DNA of 64,000 nt from contig DFYY01000012.1 of the NCBI GenBank assembly GCA_002383485.1, positions 37,717 to 101,716 of the forward strand, in the 5' to 3' direction. The DNA comes from Bacteroidales bacterium UBA4070. Its GTDB lineage: Bacteria; Bacteroidota; Bacteroidia; Bacteroidales; VadinHA17. Under the pieces are notes generated by a model. That model had not been told where the DNA came from, searched no databases, and saw only the letters and a program-made list of their open reading frames with translations. Positions 28,476 through 38,491 of this stretch are shown here, piece by piece; positions within the stretch are counted from its first letter, which is position 1; the number at the start of each line of letters is the position of its first letter. The translations under genes and the position numbers were made by a program.

Positions 28476-30647
28476 TTGAAGGGACGAATACGCATAACCA
28501 GCCTGTGCCTGCTTGCCTCTGCGCTTCTTAGCGGTCAGCCGGAGTTCCCCGTCGGGACTCCTCTGTTCCCGGAGATGCTCATCTGGCACGAGGCTGCGGT
28601 TGATCCCCTGCATGCAGAAGCCATGCGGTCTGTGGAACAGGTGAAGGGTCAGCCCTGGCGGTTTGCCATCCCTGTAGAGGTGGCCTGGGATCCGTCAAAC
28701 TCCGGGTATACTGTTGCATATGGCAATGAAACTGTCTGGGTGCTGCCGGTATCATCAAAAGGTGCGCTGTCACTCAATCTTATCCTTTCACCGTTCAATC
28801 TCCCGGCCGGAGCCTATGTCTATGTTTATGACGATGAGAGGCGTATTGTGAGAGGTGCTTTCACCCGGGAAAGTACGTCAGGCAGGGTATCCATGCCGGT
28901 GATGCCGGTGCCCGGAGAGAGGCTCGTGCTCGAATGTCATTTCCCGGGGTCATCAGTTCCCGAAAATTCAATAGGAGTCAGTCAGGTTGCCCACGACTTT
29001 GCCGGTTTCTTCGGCCCTGACGGTATAAAGGACCTGTATTACGGTCGCTCTGATGACTGCGAGGCAGACCTTAACTGCTCTTCAAATCCCAACTATATGA
29101 CTGCCTCCCGTTCGGTGGTCAGGCTTCTGGTGGATGGATCGGAGCTGTGCACCGGTGTTATGGTCAATAACACCGGAAGCGAATACAAGGCATATGTGCT
29201 TACGGCCAATCACTGCATCGAGACTCCGGATCAGGCAGTGAACACAATTTTCGTGTTCAACTACAAGAGTCCCTGGTGCGATGGGCCTGACATGTCATAC
29301 ATGAATGCCCTCGCAGGATCTGTTCTGCAGGCGGAGAATCCGGACATTGATTTTTCACTCGTGGAACTGAACCAATTTCCTTCGATGGTTTACAGGCCAT
29401 ATTTTGCGGGGTGGGATATTACCACAACACCTCCTTCCAACACCTTCGCCATACATCACCCTGAAGGAGATGTGATGAAGCTCACCATTGACGACAATCC
29501 GCCTATATCAACATCTTACCCGGTTACGGGATTTGTATCGATGGGTTTCTGGCGGGTCCTCAGGTGGGAGAGGGGAACTACTGAACCCGGCTCGTCTGGC
29601 GGGCCACTCTTTGATCAGAACGGCAGAGTCCGAGGTACGCTTACCGGTGGCGGAGCTACATGCGCTGATCCGTCAAATGACTATTTTGCCAAGCTCTCCA
29701 GGATGTTTACAATTACCTCAGTAGCTTCCACACACCTCAGGCCATGGCTGGACCCTGCCGGTACCGGGGCAACGGTCGTCAGCGGGCGTGATCCTTACAG
29801 TTACAACCTGTCAAGATCAGATACCCTGGGAAACATGCCGGCAGATGATCCAGGCAGCACAGATACATATTCTTCGGGCTGGGGTCTCTCAACCGGAAAC
29901 AACTCAGATGGACTCATCAGGTACGCCGAATATATACCCTTTACCGGCAGTGGTGAGATAGCGTGGCTCAGACTCAGTATCTCCGCTTCGGCGTTTCTCT
30001 CAACAGCCGATTCTGTCAGGTTTTATATTTGGGGCGGCGGAGCACAACCCGGGGTGGTACTGGCATCAAAAAGGATGAAGCTTAATGAAATAAAAGGAGG
30101 GACCATTCTTGAGGTGGATTTCGGCAGGACTATCCAGGTGACGGGACCGTTCTATGCCGGTTACAGCGTCTTCTACCGAACCCCGCTTAATCAACAGCAG
30201 CCACAGTTTGCTGTTGCGCACTCTGCGCCGTGGTCAACATCAGCCCAGAATACAGCTTTTTTCAATGACGGCAGTACGTGGAAGCCCTTCACACTTCATC
30301 CCTCATTCCCTATGTCCGTTTCGCTGGGTGTCAAAGCAGTAATGGTAGAAAATTCTGTGTTGAACAATCTGCCTGACCCGGGACTGGAAGGGACAGACCT
30401 GGAGGTCTTTCCCAATCCGTTCAGCACCAGTGTTTATTTCAGGTTCAGGGAGCGAGCTGTGGAGATTGCTTTCATAACTATCTATGACAACGCCGGGAGG
30501 GTTGTTTCAGCAGGAGAATACAGGAATGCTTTTCCGGGTCTGCTGCCTGTCGAACTCGCGGGCCTTGCGCCGGGTATCTATCATTACGGTTTGCAGGCTG
30601 ACAGCCTTTTCTATTCAGGGACCCTGATAAAAGCAGATTCACGGTGA
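28476..30647 (+). CDS. trypsin-like (S1) serine endopeptidase with T9SS C-terminal sorting domain
   Basis: 723 aa with a TTG start and a signal peptide. Catalytic motifs are LTANHC (His), DFSLVEL (Asp) and EPGSSGGPLF (Ser). The C-terminus LEVFPNPFSTSVYFRF...GIYHYGL fits a Por secretion tail. Confidence 0.8.
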   Translation: MKGRIRITSLCLLASALLSGQPEFPVGTPLFPEMLIWHEAAVDPLHAEAMRSVEQVKGQPWRFAIPVEVAWDPSNSGYTVAYGNETVWVLPVSSKGALSLNLILSPFNLPAGAYVYVYDDERRIVRGAFTRESTSGRVSMPVMPVPGERLVLECHFPGSSVPENSIGVSQVAHDFAGFFGPDGIKDLYYGRSDDCEADLNCSSNPNYMTASRSVVRLLVDGSELCTGVMVNNTGSEYKAYVLTANHCIETPDQAVNTIFVFNYKSPWCDGPDMSYMNALAGSVLQAENPDIDFSLVELNQFPSMVYRPYFAGWDITTTPPSNTFAIHHPEGDVMKLTIDDNPPISTSYPVTGFVSMGFWRVLRWERGTTEPGSSGGPLFDQNGRVRGTLTGGGATCADPSNDYFAKLSRMFTITSVASTHLRPWLDPAGTGATVVSGRDPYSYNLSRSDTLGNMPADDPGSTDTYSSGWGLSTGNNSDGLIRYAEYIPFTGSGEIAWLRLSISASAFLSTADSVRFYIWGGGAQPGVVLASKRMKLNEIKGGTILEVDFGRTIQVTGPFYAGYSVFYRTPLNQQQPQFAVAHSAPWSTSAQNTAFFNDGSTWKPFTLHPSFPMSVSLGVKAVMVENSVLNNLPDPGLEGTDLEVFPNPFSTSVYFRFRERAVEIAFITIYDNAGRVVSAGEYRNAFPGLLPVELAGLAPGIYHYGLQADSLFYSGTLIKADSR

Positions 30648-31783
30648 TGAGACTTGCTTTTTTTGTTATTGCGGTGGCATTAACATTCTTATCCTGCCGT
30701 AATGAGAGCACTCGTTCAGGCATTGCGGATGCAGGCAGTTCAGGCATTCCGCAAGGCAGGCTGTCAATTGAAAAAGTACCCGGCGCCACAAGGGTTGCGG
30801 TAAGGGAACCGTGGCAGAATTCTGGAGGAAAAGAGCTTGTATGGTACCTGGTGGCGCGTGATTCAGCACTGCCGCGGGACATTGGCGAAGAACAGGTGAT
30901 ACGGGTTCCGGTCAGGAGAATGATTTGTATGTCAACAACTCATGCTGCAATGATGAGGGCTCTCTCAGCCGATAGTATGATAGTTGGTATTTCCGGTTCA
31001 TCGCTGCTTTATGACTCCCTGTTGCTTGAGAGAACAGGAAGCGGTGGAATTAAGGATGTTGGCTATGAAGGGAATCTTAACAGGGAGCTTGTCATCTCCC
31101 TTGCGCCTGACCTGGTGATGGCGTACGGTGTCGCGGATCCTTCATCGGGAAGCACTGTCAGGCTGGCTGAAGCCGGTGTGAAGGTTTTCTACAATGCCGA
31201 CTACCTCGAGGAGCATCCCCTGAACAGGTGCGCCTGGCTCAGGCTCTTTGGACTGCTTACAGGGAAGGAGGAGATGGCAGACAGCATTGTCATCACTGTT
31301 TCTGACTCATACAGGGAACTGACGACAATGGTGGCAAACGCCGCCGGGAAGAAGCCGGGGGTGCTTCTGGGAGCACCATGGGAGGACGTGTGGTATGTCT
31401 CCCCGGGAAATACATATATAGGTCGTTTGATTGATGATGCCGGCGGAGACTATATCTACAGAGATATGACAGGAAACAATTCAGTGCCGGTATCGGTGGA
31501 ATCAGTATTCCGTAGAGCATCCGGTGCGGAGATATGGATTAATCCCGGCACAGCCGGCAAACTCTCTGATATAGAAGCTGCAGATCACAGGCTGACCTCA
31601 CTTCCGGTCTTCAGCAGCGGACGTGTATGGAATAACCGCGGACGTATCCGCCAGGATGGTGGAAATGACTACTGGGAGAGCGGTGTGGTCAGGCCTGACC
31701 TCCTGCTTAAGGATTTTATCTCAATAATACACCCGGAACTGTTGCCGGATTATGATCCGTATTATTACATCAGACTGGAATGA
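30647..31783 (+). CDS. ABC transporter periplasmic substrate-binding lipoprotein (BtuF/FecB class)
   Basis: Lipobox FLSCRN. The ATG overlaps the upstream TGA (TGATG). The gene precedes a FecCD-type permease and an ATPase. Confidence 0.75.
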   Translation: MRLAFFVIAVALTFLSCRNESTRSGIADAGSSGIPQGRLSIEKVPGATRVAVREPWQNSGGKELVWYLVARDSALPRDIGEEQVIRVPVRRMICMSTTHAAMMRALSADSMIVGISGSSLLYDSLLLERTGSGGIKDVGYEGNLNRELVISLAPDLVMAYGVADPSSGSTVRLAEAGVKVFYNADYLEEHPLNRCAWLRLFGLLTGKEEMADSIVITVSDSYRELTTMVANAAGKKPGVLLGAPWEDVWYVSPGNTYIGRLIDDAGGDYIYRDMTGNNSVPVSVESVFRRASGAEIWINPGTAGKLSDIEAADHRLTSLPVFSSGRVWNNRGRIRQDGGNDYWESGVVRPDLLLKDFISIIHPELLPDYDPYYYIRLE

Positions 31784-32814
31784 GCAGGTCACGCACAAGG
31801 ATTACGTCAGTCATGACCGGACTCACTCTGCTCATGATAATTCTTTTCATGGCCGATCTGTTTCTTGGTAGTACGCGGATGGATTTTGCCGAAGTGCTCA
31901 GGTCACTGTTTGGTCATGGCGATCCGGGTGACGAAATCATCATCATGCAGTTTCGTCTGCCAAAGGCTATCACGGCTGTAATTGCAGGTGTAGGCATGTC
32001 AGTCAGCGGCCTCCTGATGCAGACGCTGTTCAGGAATCCGCTTGCCGGCCCCGATGTGCTGGGTGTCAGCTCCGGAGCCGGCCTGGGAGTGGCCCTGACG
32101 CTGCTGACACTCACACCGCTCTTCACCCTTCCTGAAGGCTCTCTTTTTTCAGGATGGGGTCTGATCCTTGCTGCCTGGGCAGGCGCCGCAGCCGTGATGC
32201 TTATCATTATGACTGTCTCCGCCCGTATGAGAGATATTATGACTGTACTTATTGTCGGGCTGCTGCTCGCCAGCGCAATATCGGCAGTGGTAAGCCTTCT
32301 GCAGTATTTCAGCAACGAGGCTATGCTCAGGACCTATGTCATCTGGACCATGGGAAACCTCGGAAATATATCCTATCCTCAGATCAGGGCGCTGGCGCTG
32401 GCCACAGCAGCAGGCCTTATGATATCCTTCCTGATGGTAAAGCCGCTCAATGCCATGCTGATGGGAGAGACTTTCTCAAGGACCGTGGGGGTGAGAATGG
32501 ATAGGACAAGAATCGTTCTGCTGGCTGCGGCAAGCATCCTTGCCGGCAGCGTTACGGCATTCTGCGGCCCGCTGGCATTCATAGGCGTAGCAGTGCCACA
32601 TATGGCAAGACTGCTTTTCGGCACCACGGACCATCGTACCCTTATGCCCGGAGTGGCACTGTGCGGGGCGGCGACATTACTTCTGAGCGATATAGTCTCC
32701 GGCCTTCCCGGCGGTGGTCAGATCATACCCGTGAATACCGTCACTTCGTTAATTGGAATCCCGGTGGTTCTCTGGATCATCCTGGGCAAGACCGGACTGG
32801 GGAGGAGGTTCTGA
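31780..32814 (+). CDS. FecCD/BtuC-family ABC transporter permease
   Basis: 344 aa and polytopic. Typical motifs include RNPLAGPDVLGVSSGAGLG. It overlaps the upstream gene by 4 nt. Confidence 0.85.
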   Translation: MSRSRTRITSVMTGLTLLMIILFMADLFLGSTRMDFAEVLRSLFGHGDPGDEIIIMQFRLPKAITAVIAGVGMSVSGLLMQTLFRNPLAGPDVLGVSSGAGLGVALTLLTLTPLFTLPEGSLFSGWGLILAAWAGAAAVMLIIMTVSARMRDIMTVLIVGLLLASAISAVVSLLQYFSNEAMLRTYVIWTMGNLGNISYPQIRALALATAAGLMISFLMVKPLNAMLMGETFSRTVGVRMDRTRIVLLAAASILAGSVTAFCGPLAFIGVAVPHMARLLFGTTDHRTLMPGVALCGAATLLLSDIVSGLPGGGQIIPVNTVTSLIGIPVVLWIILGKTGLGRRF

Positions 32815-33824
32815 TGGGAACTGGTATGATAATAGCTGAGACCAACCGCCTTTCTGTCGGTTACCGTAACCGTAACAGGGTCTTCAGGGTGATGGAGGGC
32901 CTTACCCTGAGTGCAAGGCGAGGGGAGCTGGTGGCTCTTATAGGCCGAAACGGAGCAGGCAAGAGCACTCTTCTGCGAACACTGGTGGGGCTTCAGCCTC
33001 CACTGGGAGGCAGCATAGCTCTTGACGGTCATGCTCTTGGCGAAATCGGCCTTTCACAGCTTCCAAAGCTTGTCAGCTTCGCCTCCACGGAGCCGTTTAC
33101 CCTTCATAATATAAGGGTTCGTGATGTGGTCTCACTTGGCCGCTTTCCATATACCAACTGGATAGGTACCCTTACTGACGCGGATGAGGAGGCTGTCGCT
33201 ATCGCCCTGGAGGCAACCGGTCTGTCGGGATTGGAAAACAGAAGCATAGACAGTATCTCCGACGGCGAAAGGCAGCGCACCCTGATTGCCAGGTCACTGG
33301 CACAGGACACCGGGCTGCTGGTGATGGATGAACCAACCGCTTTTCTTGACCTGCCATCGAGGTACGGTATTGTCAGCCTTCTGCGCAGGCTCACAAGGGA
33401 GAAGGGCAAATGTGTCATCTATTCAACTCACGACCTTGACACTGCGATAAATGAGGCTGACAGGATATGGCTTATGACCGGTGACGGTGTCAGTGAAGGG
33501 GCGCCTGAGGATATGATGCTCACCGGCGAGTTTGCCAGGGCCTTCGAAAGTCCGCTGCTCTCGTTCAGCATCACTGACGGCGCATTCAGTTTCGTCAGGA
33601 GCAGGCAGACCGGCATCGCATTGGAGGGGAGAGGCAGGGTGGCAAAAATGACAGTCCGTGCCCTCTCCAGATGCGGTTATACCATAGATTCCCGGGCGCA
33701 GCCTAAAGTAACGATAACGGAAAATTCAGGTTCAGCGGAATGGGTTGTCACAGGCAGCGGTGAAGATAAAAGGTATACCTCACTCTACGACCTGGTAACA
33801 CACCTGCCACAGGCGGATCAGTGA
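32814..33824 (+). CDS. ABC transporter ATP-binding protein (BtuD/FecE class)
   Basis: Internal ATG 32814 (ATGA overlap with the permease stop). Walker A GRNGAGKST, signature SDGERQR, Walker B LLVMDEPTAFLD. Confidence 0.85.
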   Translation: MGTGMIIAETNRLSVGYRNRNRVFRVMEGLTLSARRGELVALIGRNGAGKSTLLRTLVGLQPPLGGSIALDGHALGEIGLSQLPKLVSFASTEPFTLHNIRVRDVVSLGRFPYTNWIGTLTDADEEAVAIALEATGLSGLENRSIDSISDGERQRTLIARSLAQDTGLLVMDEPTAFLDLPSRYGIVSLLRRLTREKGKCVIYSTHDLDTAINEADRIWLMTGDGVSEGAPEDMMLTGEFARAFESPLLSFSITDGAFSFVRSRQTGIALEGRGRVAKMTVRALSRCGYTIDSRAQPKVTITENSGSAEWVVTGSGEDKRYTSLYDLVTHLPQADQ

Positions 33825-35245
33825 ACCCCAAGGATTCGGTAAGCTTCAATGAATGAGGCGACATTCTCCACTCCGAGTCGCTTGGCAATAATCTTCTTGT
33901 TTCTGTCCAGGATATAAATCAGCGGAGTGGATTCAACATTGTAGAAATAGTCAAACCTGCTCATCCTCTGAGGATCCCAGCCGTTAATCCATGTCAGCCC
34001 GTTATCAACTATGTACTTCTCCCATTTTTCTTTGTCATGGTGGGTGCAAACCGCAAAAACCTCTATGCCGGACGCCTTGTTCTTTTCATAGTATTCCTTC
34101 AGCACCGGGGTCGCCTCCTTGCAGTGGCCGCAATCCGGTTCCCAGAAGTAGATAATGGTGAACTCAGCATCAATGTCATATAATGAGACATAATGACCTG
34201 AGAATGAATTCATAAGTAACTCTGTTGCCTTGACGCCAATCAGGTTGGGCCTGATACGGGCGATTCTTTGTTTCAGATCTGAGATATACTCTTCCGAAGC
34301 CCATGGTGCCTTGCCCGCAAGGTAAACCATGTCAGCCAGGTGCACCACTACGGCATCATGGCCCATAATCTCGCTCGAGGCATAACTGTTCATCAGCCAT
34401 ACGGCGACATACTGAAATACGTCAGGGTTGGCTGAGCACTTCTCCAGTAGCCTGTCTGTCTCTTTTATTATTGAATCCGGCATCTGTATCACCACCTGCC
34501 GGAAGAATTGATCAAGCCTGCCGCCAAGGACAGGGCTTCTTATCAGTCCGGGTTCTGAAAAATCAATATTGTCAAAGAAATGTTCCTTATAGTAAAGATA
34601 TGACAGCAGGCGACCAACAGAATCGGGATTATGAGTACCGGGCGGCACACTCGGGGATATTATTTCCACTGGTATCACTGATCTGGCGATGGCACCGAGC
34701 AGGGCACCCCTGTTGGCATCTGCCGTCTCCATGAGGTACTGTTTCATCTTTGCCTCCTGTTCCGCCAGCTCCTTCCTGACGGCTGTCGCTTCCGGGCTTC
34801 CCTGCTGCAGGCCAGTGAGCCTGCCGCTGATCTTCGCTGCCTCCTCCTGCAATGTCTTCCATCTCCTCTGATAAGCCACAAAACGGCTATTCTCGTCAGA
34901 TCCGGTGAAGGACAGCGATGCCACAGGATCATTCATATCGAACCTTACATCGAAATGCTGGTCCTCTCCCAGCAGGAATTCAAAAAACCTGTTGTCAGGA
35001 AGAACAATCATGTATACCCCCGGATTCAGTTTGTCGCTCCCGTAAAACCGGCCTTTACCCTCTTTGTCAGTTGTAATGCTGTCTTTAATAAATTGCTGGT
35101 TTCCAACGTGATAAGCAAGCCTTAATTTGATCTCCGCGGCATTTTCAGGTATTACTGTGATGGAGTGGCCGGGTTGTCCTTCAGCAGGGGCATCTGAAAA
35201 TAAAAGGAGTAGCGTTAGCAGCAGGGCTGAATATATGATCTTCAT
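33818..35245 (-). CDS. TlpA-like thioredoxin-fold protein with N-terminal accessory domain
   Basis: 475 aa with a signal peptide. C-terminal thioredoxin motif IIYFWEPDCGHCKEATP (CxxC). Confidence 0.7.
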   Translation of the reverse strand: MKIIYSALLLTLLLLFSDAPAEGQPGHSITVIPENAAEIKLRLAYHVGNQQFIKDSITTDKEGKGRFYGSDKLNPGVYMIVLPDNRFFEFLLGEDQHFDVRFDMNDPVASLSFTGSDENSRFVAYQRRWKTLQEEAAKISGRLTGLQQGSPEATAVRKELAEQEAKMKQYLMETADANRGALLGAIARSVIPVEIISPSVPPGTHNPDSVGRLLSYLYYKEHFFDNIDFSEPGLIRSPVLGGRLDQFFRQVVIQMPDSIIKETDRLLEKCSANPDVFQYVAVWLMNSYASSEIMGHDAVVVHLADMVYLAGKAPWASEEYISDLKQRIARIRPNLIGVKATELLMNSFSGHYVSLYDIDAEFTIIYFWEPDCGHCKEATPVLKEYYEKNKASGIEVFAVCTHHDKEKWEKYIVDNGLTWINGWDPQRMSRFDYFYNVESTPLIYILDRNKKIIAKRLGVENVASFIEAYRILGVH

Positions 35246-35290
35246 ACGTGAATCGTTTTCCGGAATTTGTCATTACAATTTTCCTGCCAA

Positions 35291-35992
35291 TCAGTGATCC
35301 ATGTCGAGACGGATAATCTCGGCGTAACCGGCGTTTGTGATTATGGCCCTCAGAACGAAATTGAAGCGGTTGATGTCAGTGCACAGGAAGAAGTCTGTTG
35401 GAGGGCTGAAATCAAGATTTTCAGTTCTGAAGAACCGGTTGCCGGACCCTGTCCGGAGCTCCCGGATACTCCCGGTAATGTCAGGTTCTCTTCCCTGAAG
35501 CATATCTTTGATATAGTTTGCGCAAAGGAGATCTTCATCAGCTGATTCCGTTCCCCTGTATCCCATAGCCACCAGGGTGACCTTTTCAGGGCGGAGTGCC
35601 GAGATGTAGGATGCCACTGCTCCGGCGTTTACCAGTCCGGCGCCGATGATTTCGGTGGCACCTGTGGCGCTGAGTATTCCCCTTGTGCCGGCGGTGGTGC
35701 AATGTATCATCGTCTTTCCTGAAAGGTTACCGGTAAGCATTTCGGTAGGGCTGTTGCCGAGGTTGAATCCCGCAGGCTTCTTTTCATCCTGTTCGCCTGC
35801 AATAATAACATCAGCCTTAAGTTTATCCTTAAGTGCAAATGCCTCTGCCGGGGTTGAGACGTCCAAAAGCCGGCTGATTCCGTTGTCAAAGGCATAGCAT
35901 GCGGTACTGAAGGCTCTGAAGACGTCTATGATAACCGTCACGCCCTGAGACTCCTGTGCCCCTTTGATGAACTCCTTTACAGTGATGTCCAT
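35291..35992 (-). CDS. 2-phosphosulfolactate phosphatase (ComB) family protein
   Basis: About 233 aa from the internal ATG. VTVIIDVFRAFSTACYAF resembles the ComB-family N-terminal motif. Function in bacteria is uncertain. Confidence 0.55.
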   Translation of the reverse strand: MDITVKEFIKGAQESQGVTVIIDVFRAFSTACYAFDNGISRLLDVSTPAEAFALKDKLKADVIIAGEQDEKKPAGFNLGNSPTEMLTGNLSGKTMIHCTTAGTRGILSATGATEIIGAGLVNAGAVASYISALRPEKVTLVAMGYRGTESADEDLLCANYIKDMLQGREPDITGSIRELRTGSGNRFFRTENLDFSPPTDFFLCTDINRFNFVLRAIITNAGYAEIIRLDMDH

Positions 35993-36077
35993 ATTGTATT
36001 CTTCAAAGTGTGAAGATAATAATAGTGTTTGAAGATCATTTCTTAAATTTGAGCTCCGGTAAAAAACAAAGAGTCTG

Positions 36078-37412
36078 ATGAGACCCATTTCAACAATAAG
36101 CCAGGCAATTAAAGACCGGGCAGGCCAGAGTCGCAGACTGGTTTCGGAAAGGCTGCATAAATCAATCCCTTTCTGGTTACGTCAGAGGCGTATCTTTTAC
36201 CTTCTTTACAAGGGTATTAAGAAGGACAACATTTACATAAAGGCATCCGCGCTTACATTCTTTACTATTCTGTCCGTCATCCCGATGGTTGCTCTTGCCT
36301 TTGGCATAGCGAAGGGATTCGGGCTTCACGATGAGCTTCGGTCCCAGATAATCATGCAGTTCCACAACCAGGAGCAGGTGATGAACTGGATTCTCGATTT
36401 TGCGAACAATACCCTGGAGCAGACCAGCGGAGGGTGGCTGGCAGGTATAGGTGTTGCCTTTCTGTTTTCGACTGTCGGCCAGTTGCTGAGGTATGTTGAA
36501 AGTACGTTCAATTCCATCTGGAAGGTTAATGAGACAAGGGTTTGGTACCGTCAGGTGACAGACTACCTGGCAGTTATAATCCTGGTTCCGGCACTTTTCA
36601 TTGCATCGAGCAGCGCAACGGTTCTTGCCACCACGCGGCTGAATGAGATTCTGAGCAGTTCTGACATGCTTGAAGGCCTCAAACCGGTTGTATCCTTCCT
36701 TGTCAAGCTCATTCCCTTTATTCTTCTGTGTACTCTGGCAACATCGGCATTTCTTGCAATGCCAAACACGAGGGTCCGGTTCAGGACAGCTATTGTTGCC
36801 GGGCTTCTGGCAGGGATTGCGCTGCAGGTTCTGCAGATTGTATATGTTGAGTCACAGATGGGTCTTACAAGGCTCGGCACTCTGTACGGAAGCTTCGCCG
36901 CCATACCACTTCTGATGGTGTGGATCCAGATGAGCTGGGTGACTTTGCTGATGGGTGCACAGCTATCATATTACCTGCAAAATATTACACGTTACGAGTT
37001 CGAGTTTGATGTCCAGAACGTCTCCCCCCGACAAAAAAAGAGGCTGTCACTGCTTGTTATGCACACGTTGATAAACGATTTTGTAAAGGGAACCAGGCCG
37101 AGAGCGCCTGAGGAGATCTCCCTCGAGCTCAGCCTTCCGGTAAGGACCGTTCATGATTGTCTCGATCTTCTGCACGAAGCCGCCATGGTAACCGAGGTGT
37201 GGAATGAAGAGCAGGAAAAATATGTCTATCAGCCAGCCACCGATATAAACAGAATGACCCTCTCCTTCGTTCTTGACAAGCTTGAATCGTCAGGATCACT
37301 GCACAAGACTGTGATAAACAATGCAGACTACAGGAAGATAGACGCAGCGCTGACGAAGTTCGAAAGTCTCATCGCCACGTCAGAGACAAATATCCTTCTC
37401 AGGGATCTTTAG
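36078..37412 (+). CDS. YihY/BrkB family membrane protein with C-terminal soluble extension
   Basis: 444 aa. Six predicted TM segments (ASALTFFTILSVIPMVALAFG...) and a hydrophilic tail of about 140 aa. Confidence 0.65.
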   Translation: MRPISTISQAIKDRAGQSRRLVSERLHKSIPFWLRQRRIFYLLYKGIKKDNIYIKASALTFFTILSVIPMVALAFGIAKGFGLHDELRSQIIMQFHNQEQVMNWILDFANNTLEQTSGGWLAGIGVAFLFSTVGQLLRYVESTFNSIWKVNETRVWYRQVTDYLAVIILVPALFIASSSATVLATTRLNEILSSSDMLEGLKPVVSFLVKLIPFILLCTLATSAFLAMPNTRVRFRTAIVAGLLAGIALQVLQIVYVESQMGLTRLGTLYGSFAAIPLLMVWIQMSWVTLLMGAQLSYYLQNITRYEFEFDVQNVSPRQKKRLSLLVMHTLINDFVKGTRPRAPEEISLELSLPVRTVHDCLDLLHEAAMVTEVWNEEQEKYVYQPATDINRMTLSFVLDKLESSGSLHKTVINNADYRKIDAALTKFESLIATSETNILLRDL

Positions 37413-37437
37413 ACAGACAGGGCAGCCTGGCTGAAAG

Positions 37438-38139
37438 TTATTTGTTGCGGAAAGGGGAGAGGCGGAACCGTCTTACATACCTTACCAACTCCTCCAGTGA
37501 ATTCCAGTTGTCAAAGAGATAGTGAGGTGCCTCCACTATTATCTGGCGTGTCTCGGGGTGCTCTGACCAGTAGCTGATGAGGTTTGAGGCCCTGAAAACC
37601 CGGTCCTCGGTTCCTATAAGTGAATAGTCCCATACAAAGCCGGTCTGTACCGGTTCCATCATCCGGTTGTAGAGCCATCTGAGCTCGTCATGGAGCGATT
37701 TTTCCGTGCGGGTTGGTATATGATTGCGGTTCAGCTCAAACCTGCTCCTGGTACCAAACAGCCTGAGGTAGAATTTGGCCATGCTGTAATTGGAGATGTT
37801 GTTGAGGGTGGCTTCAAAAATACGGAGTGGGATTCCGTATTTATCGTCGGCCGCCACTGGCGTTCCGTTTATGGCGATAGTGAGATCAGGCTTTATCCCC
37901 ATCTTCCTGCTGTAATATTCAGCAGCCCATACCCCCAGTGACCAGCCGATTACGGTTACGCGCCTGTAGGTCTTCATCTCGGGCAGTATCAGCGGCTCGT
38001 CGGCAGAATAGTTGTAGAAGAGGATGAAGTCGTGATTGTCAGTGCAGAGATTGGAGAAGGCTTTTTCATCGATTCCCCATGTGCCGAAGAGTATTAAGAG
38101 ATCCCTGTTGTTCTCAAATCTTCGGAGGAATGTTTTCAT
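37438..38139 (-). CDS. DUF452 / BioG-like alpha-beta hydrolase (pimeloyl-ACP methyl ester esterase family)
   Basis: About 233 aa from ATG 38139. LLILFGTWGID and the nucleophile elbow VIGWSLGVWAA resemble BioG. No other bio genes are in the window. Confidence 0.5.
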   Translation of the reverse strand: MKTFLRRFENNRDLLILFGTWGIDEKAFSNLCTDNHDFILFYNYSADEPLILPEMKTYRRVTVIGWSLGVWAAEYYSRKMGIKPDLTIAINGTPVAADDKYGIPLRIFEATLNNISNYSMAKFYLRLFGTRSRFELNRNHIPTRTEKSLHDELRWLYNRMMEPVQTGFVWDYSLIGTEDRVFRASNLISYWSEHPETRQIIVEAPHYLFDNWNSLEELVRYVRRFRLSPFRNK

Positions 38140-38156
38140 CAGCGGGTACAAAAGAA

Positions 38157-38332
38157 AAAAGAGGAGAGGGTTACAGTGGTACTTTAAGGAACGGGCTTAT
38201 GAGATAATCCCGGAATCTACTGTCTGATAAAAGGAAGTAACCTATGGTAGTCAGCCTATAGGTCCATGTGAAAGTCAATGTCTGCAATACAATCCTATTG
38301 ATTCCCACAAGTAACCCTTACTCTCCTCTTTT
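38157..38332. repeat. long-range imperfect inverted repeat (18-22 nt arms) enclosing about 136 bp of intergenic DNA
   Basis: The left arm is AAAAGAGGAGAGGGTTAC (38157-38174). The reverse complement of the right arm GTAACCCTTACTCTCCTCTTTT (38311-38332) is AAAAGAGGAGAGTAAGGGTTAC. All 18 left-arm bases match, apart from a 4-nt insertion in the right arm. Confidence 0.6.
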
Positions 38333-38491
38333 ATTTCATGTTTCAACAAATGTAATACATAAAAGAATAAAAAACAAATGTTTTTTTAAAAAAATTAACT
38401 ATCAATTCTGCCCGTTGTTAATTATTCCGGGAATGATTACTTTTAAGCTGATTATCGGATAATTCATTATCCTGAAATTAAACATTTTACT

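Noticed and set aside
32661-32813. N-terminal 51-codon extension of the ABC ATPase ORF
   Set aside because: The extension overlaps the permease gene in another frame. The ATG at 32814 gives the usual ATGA stop/start coupling and a normal distance to Walker A.
38268-38462. 64-aa plus-strand ORF in the AT-rich intergenic region
   Set aside because: Its composition is driven by AT-rich promoter DNA. It overlaps the right arm of the inverted repeat and runs up to the AraC start region. It has no motif and no plausible start context.
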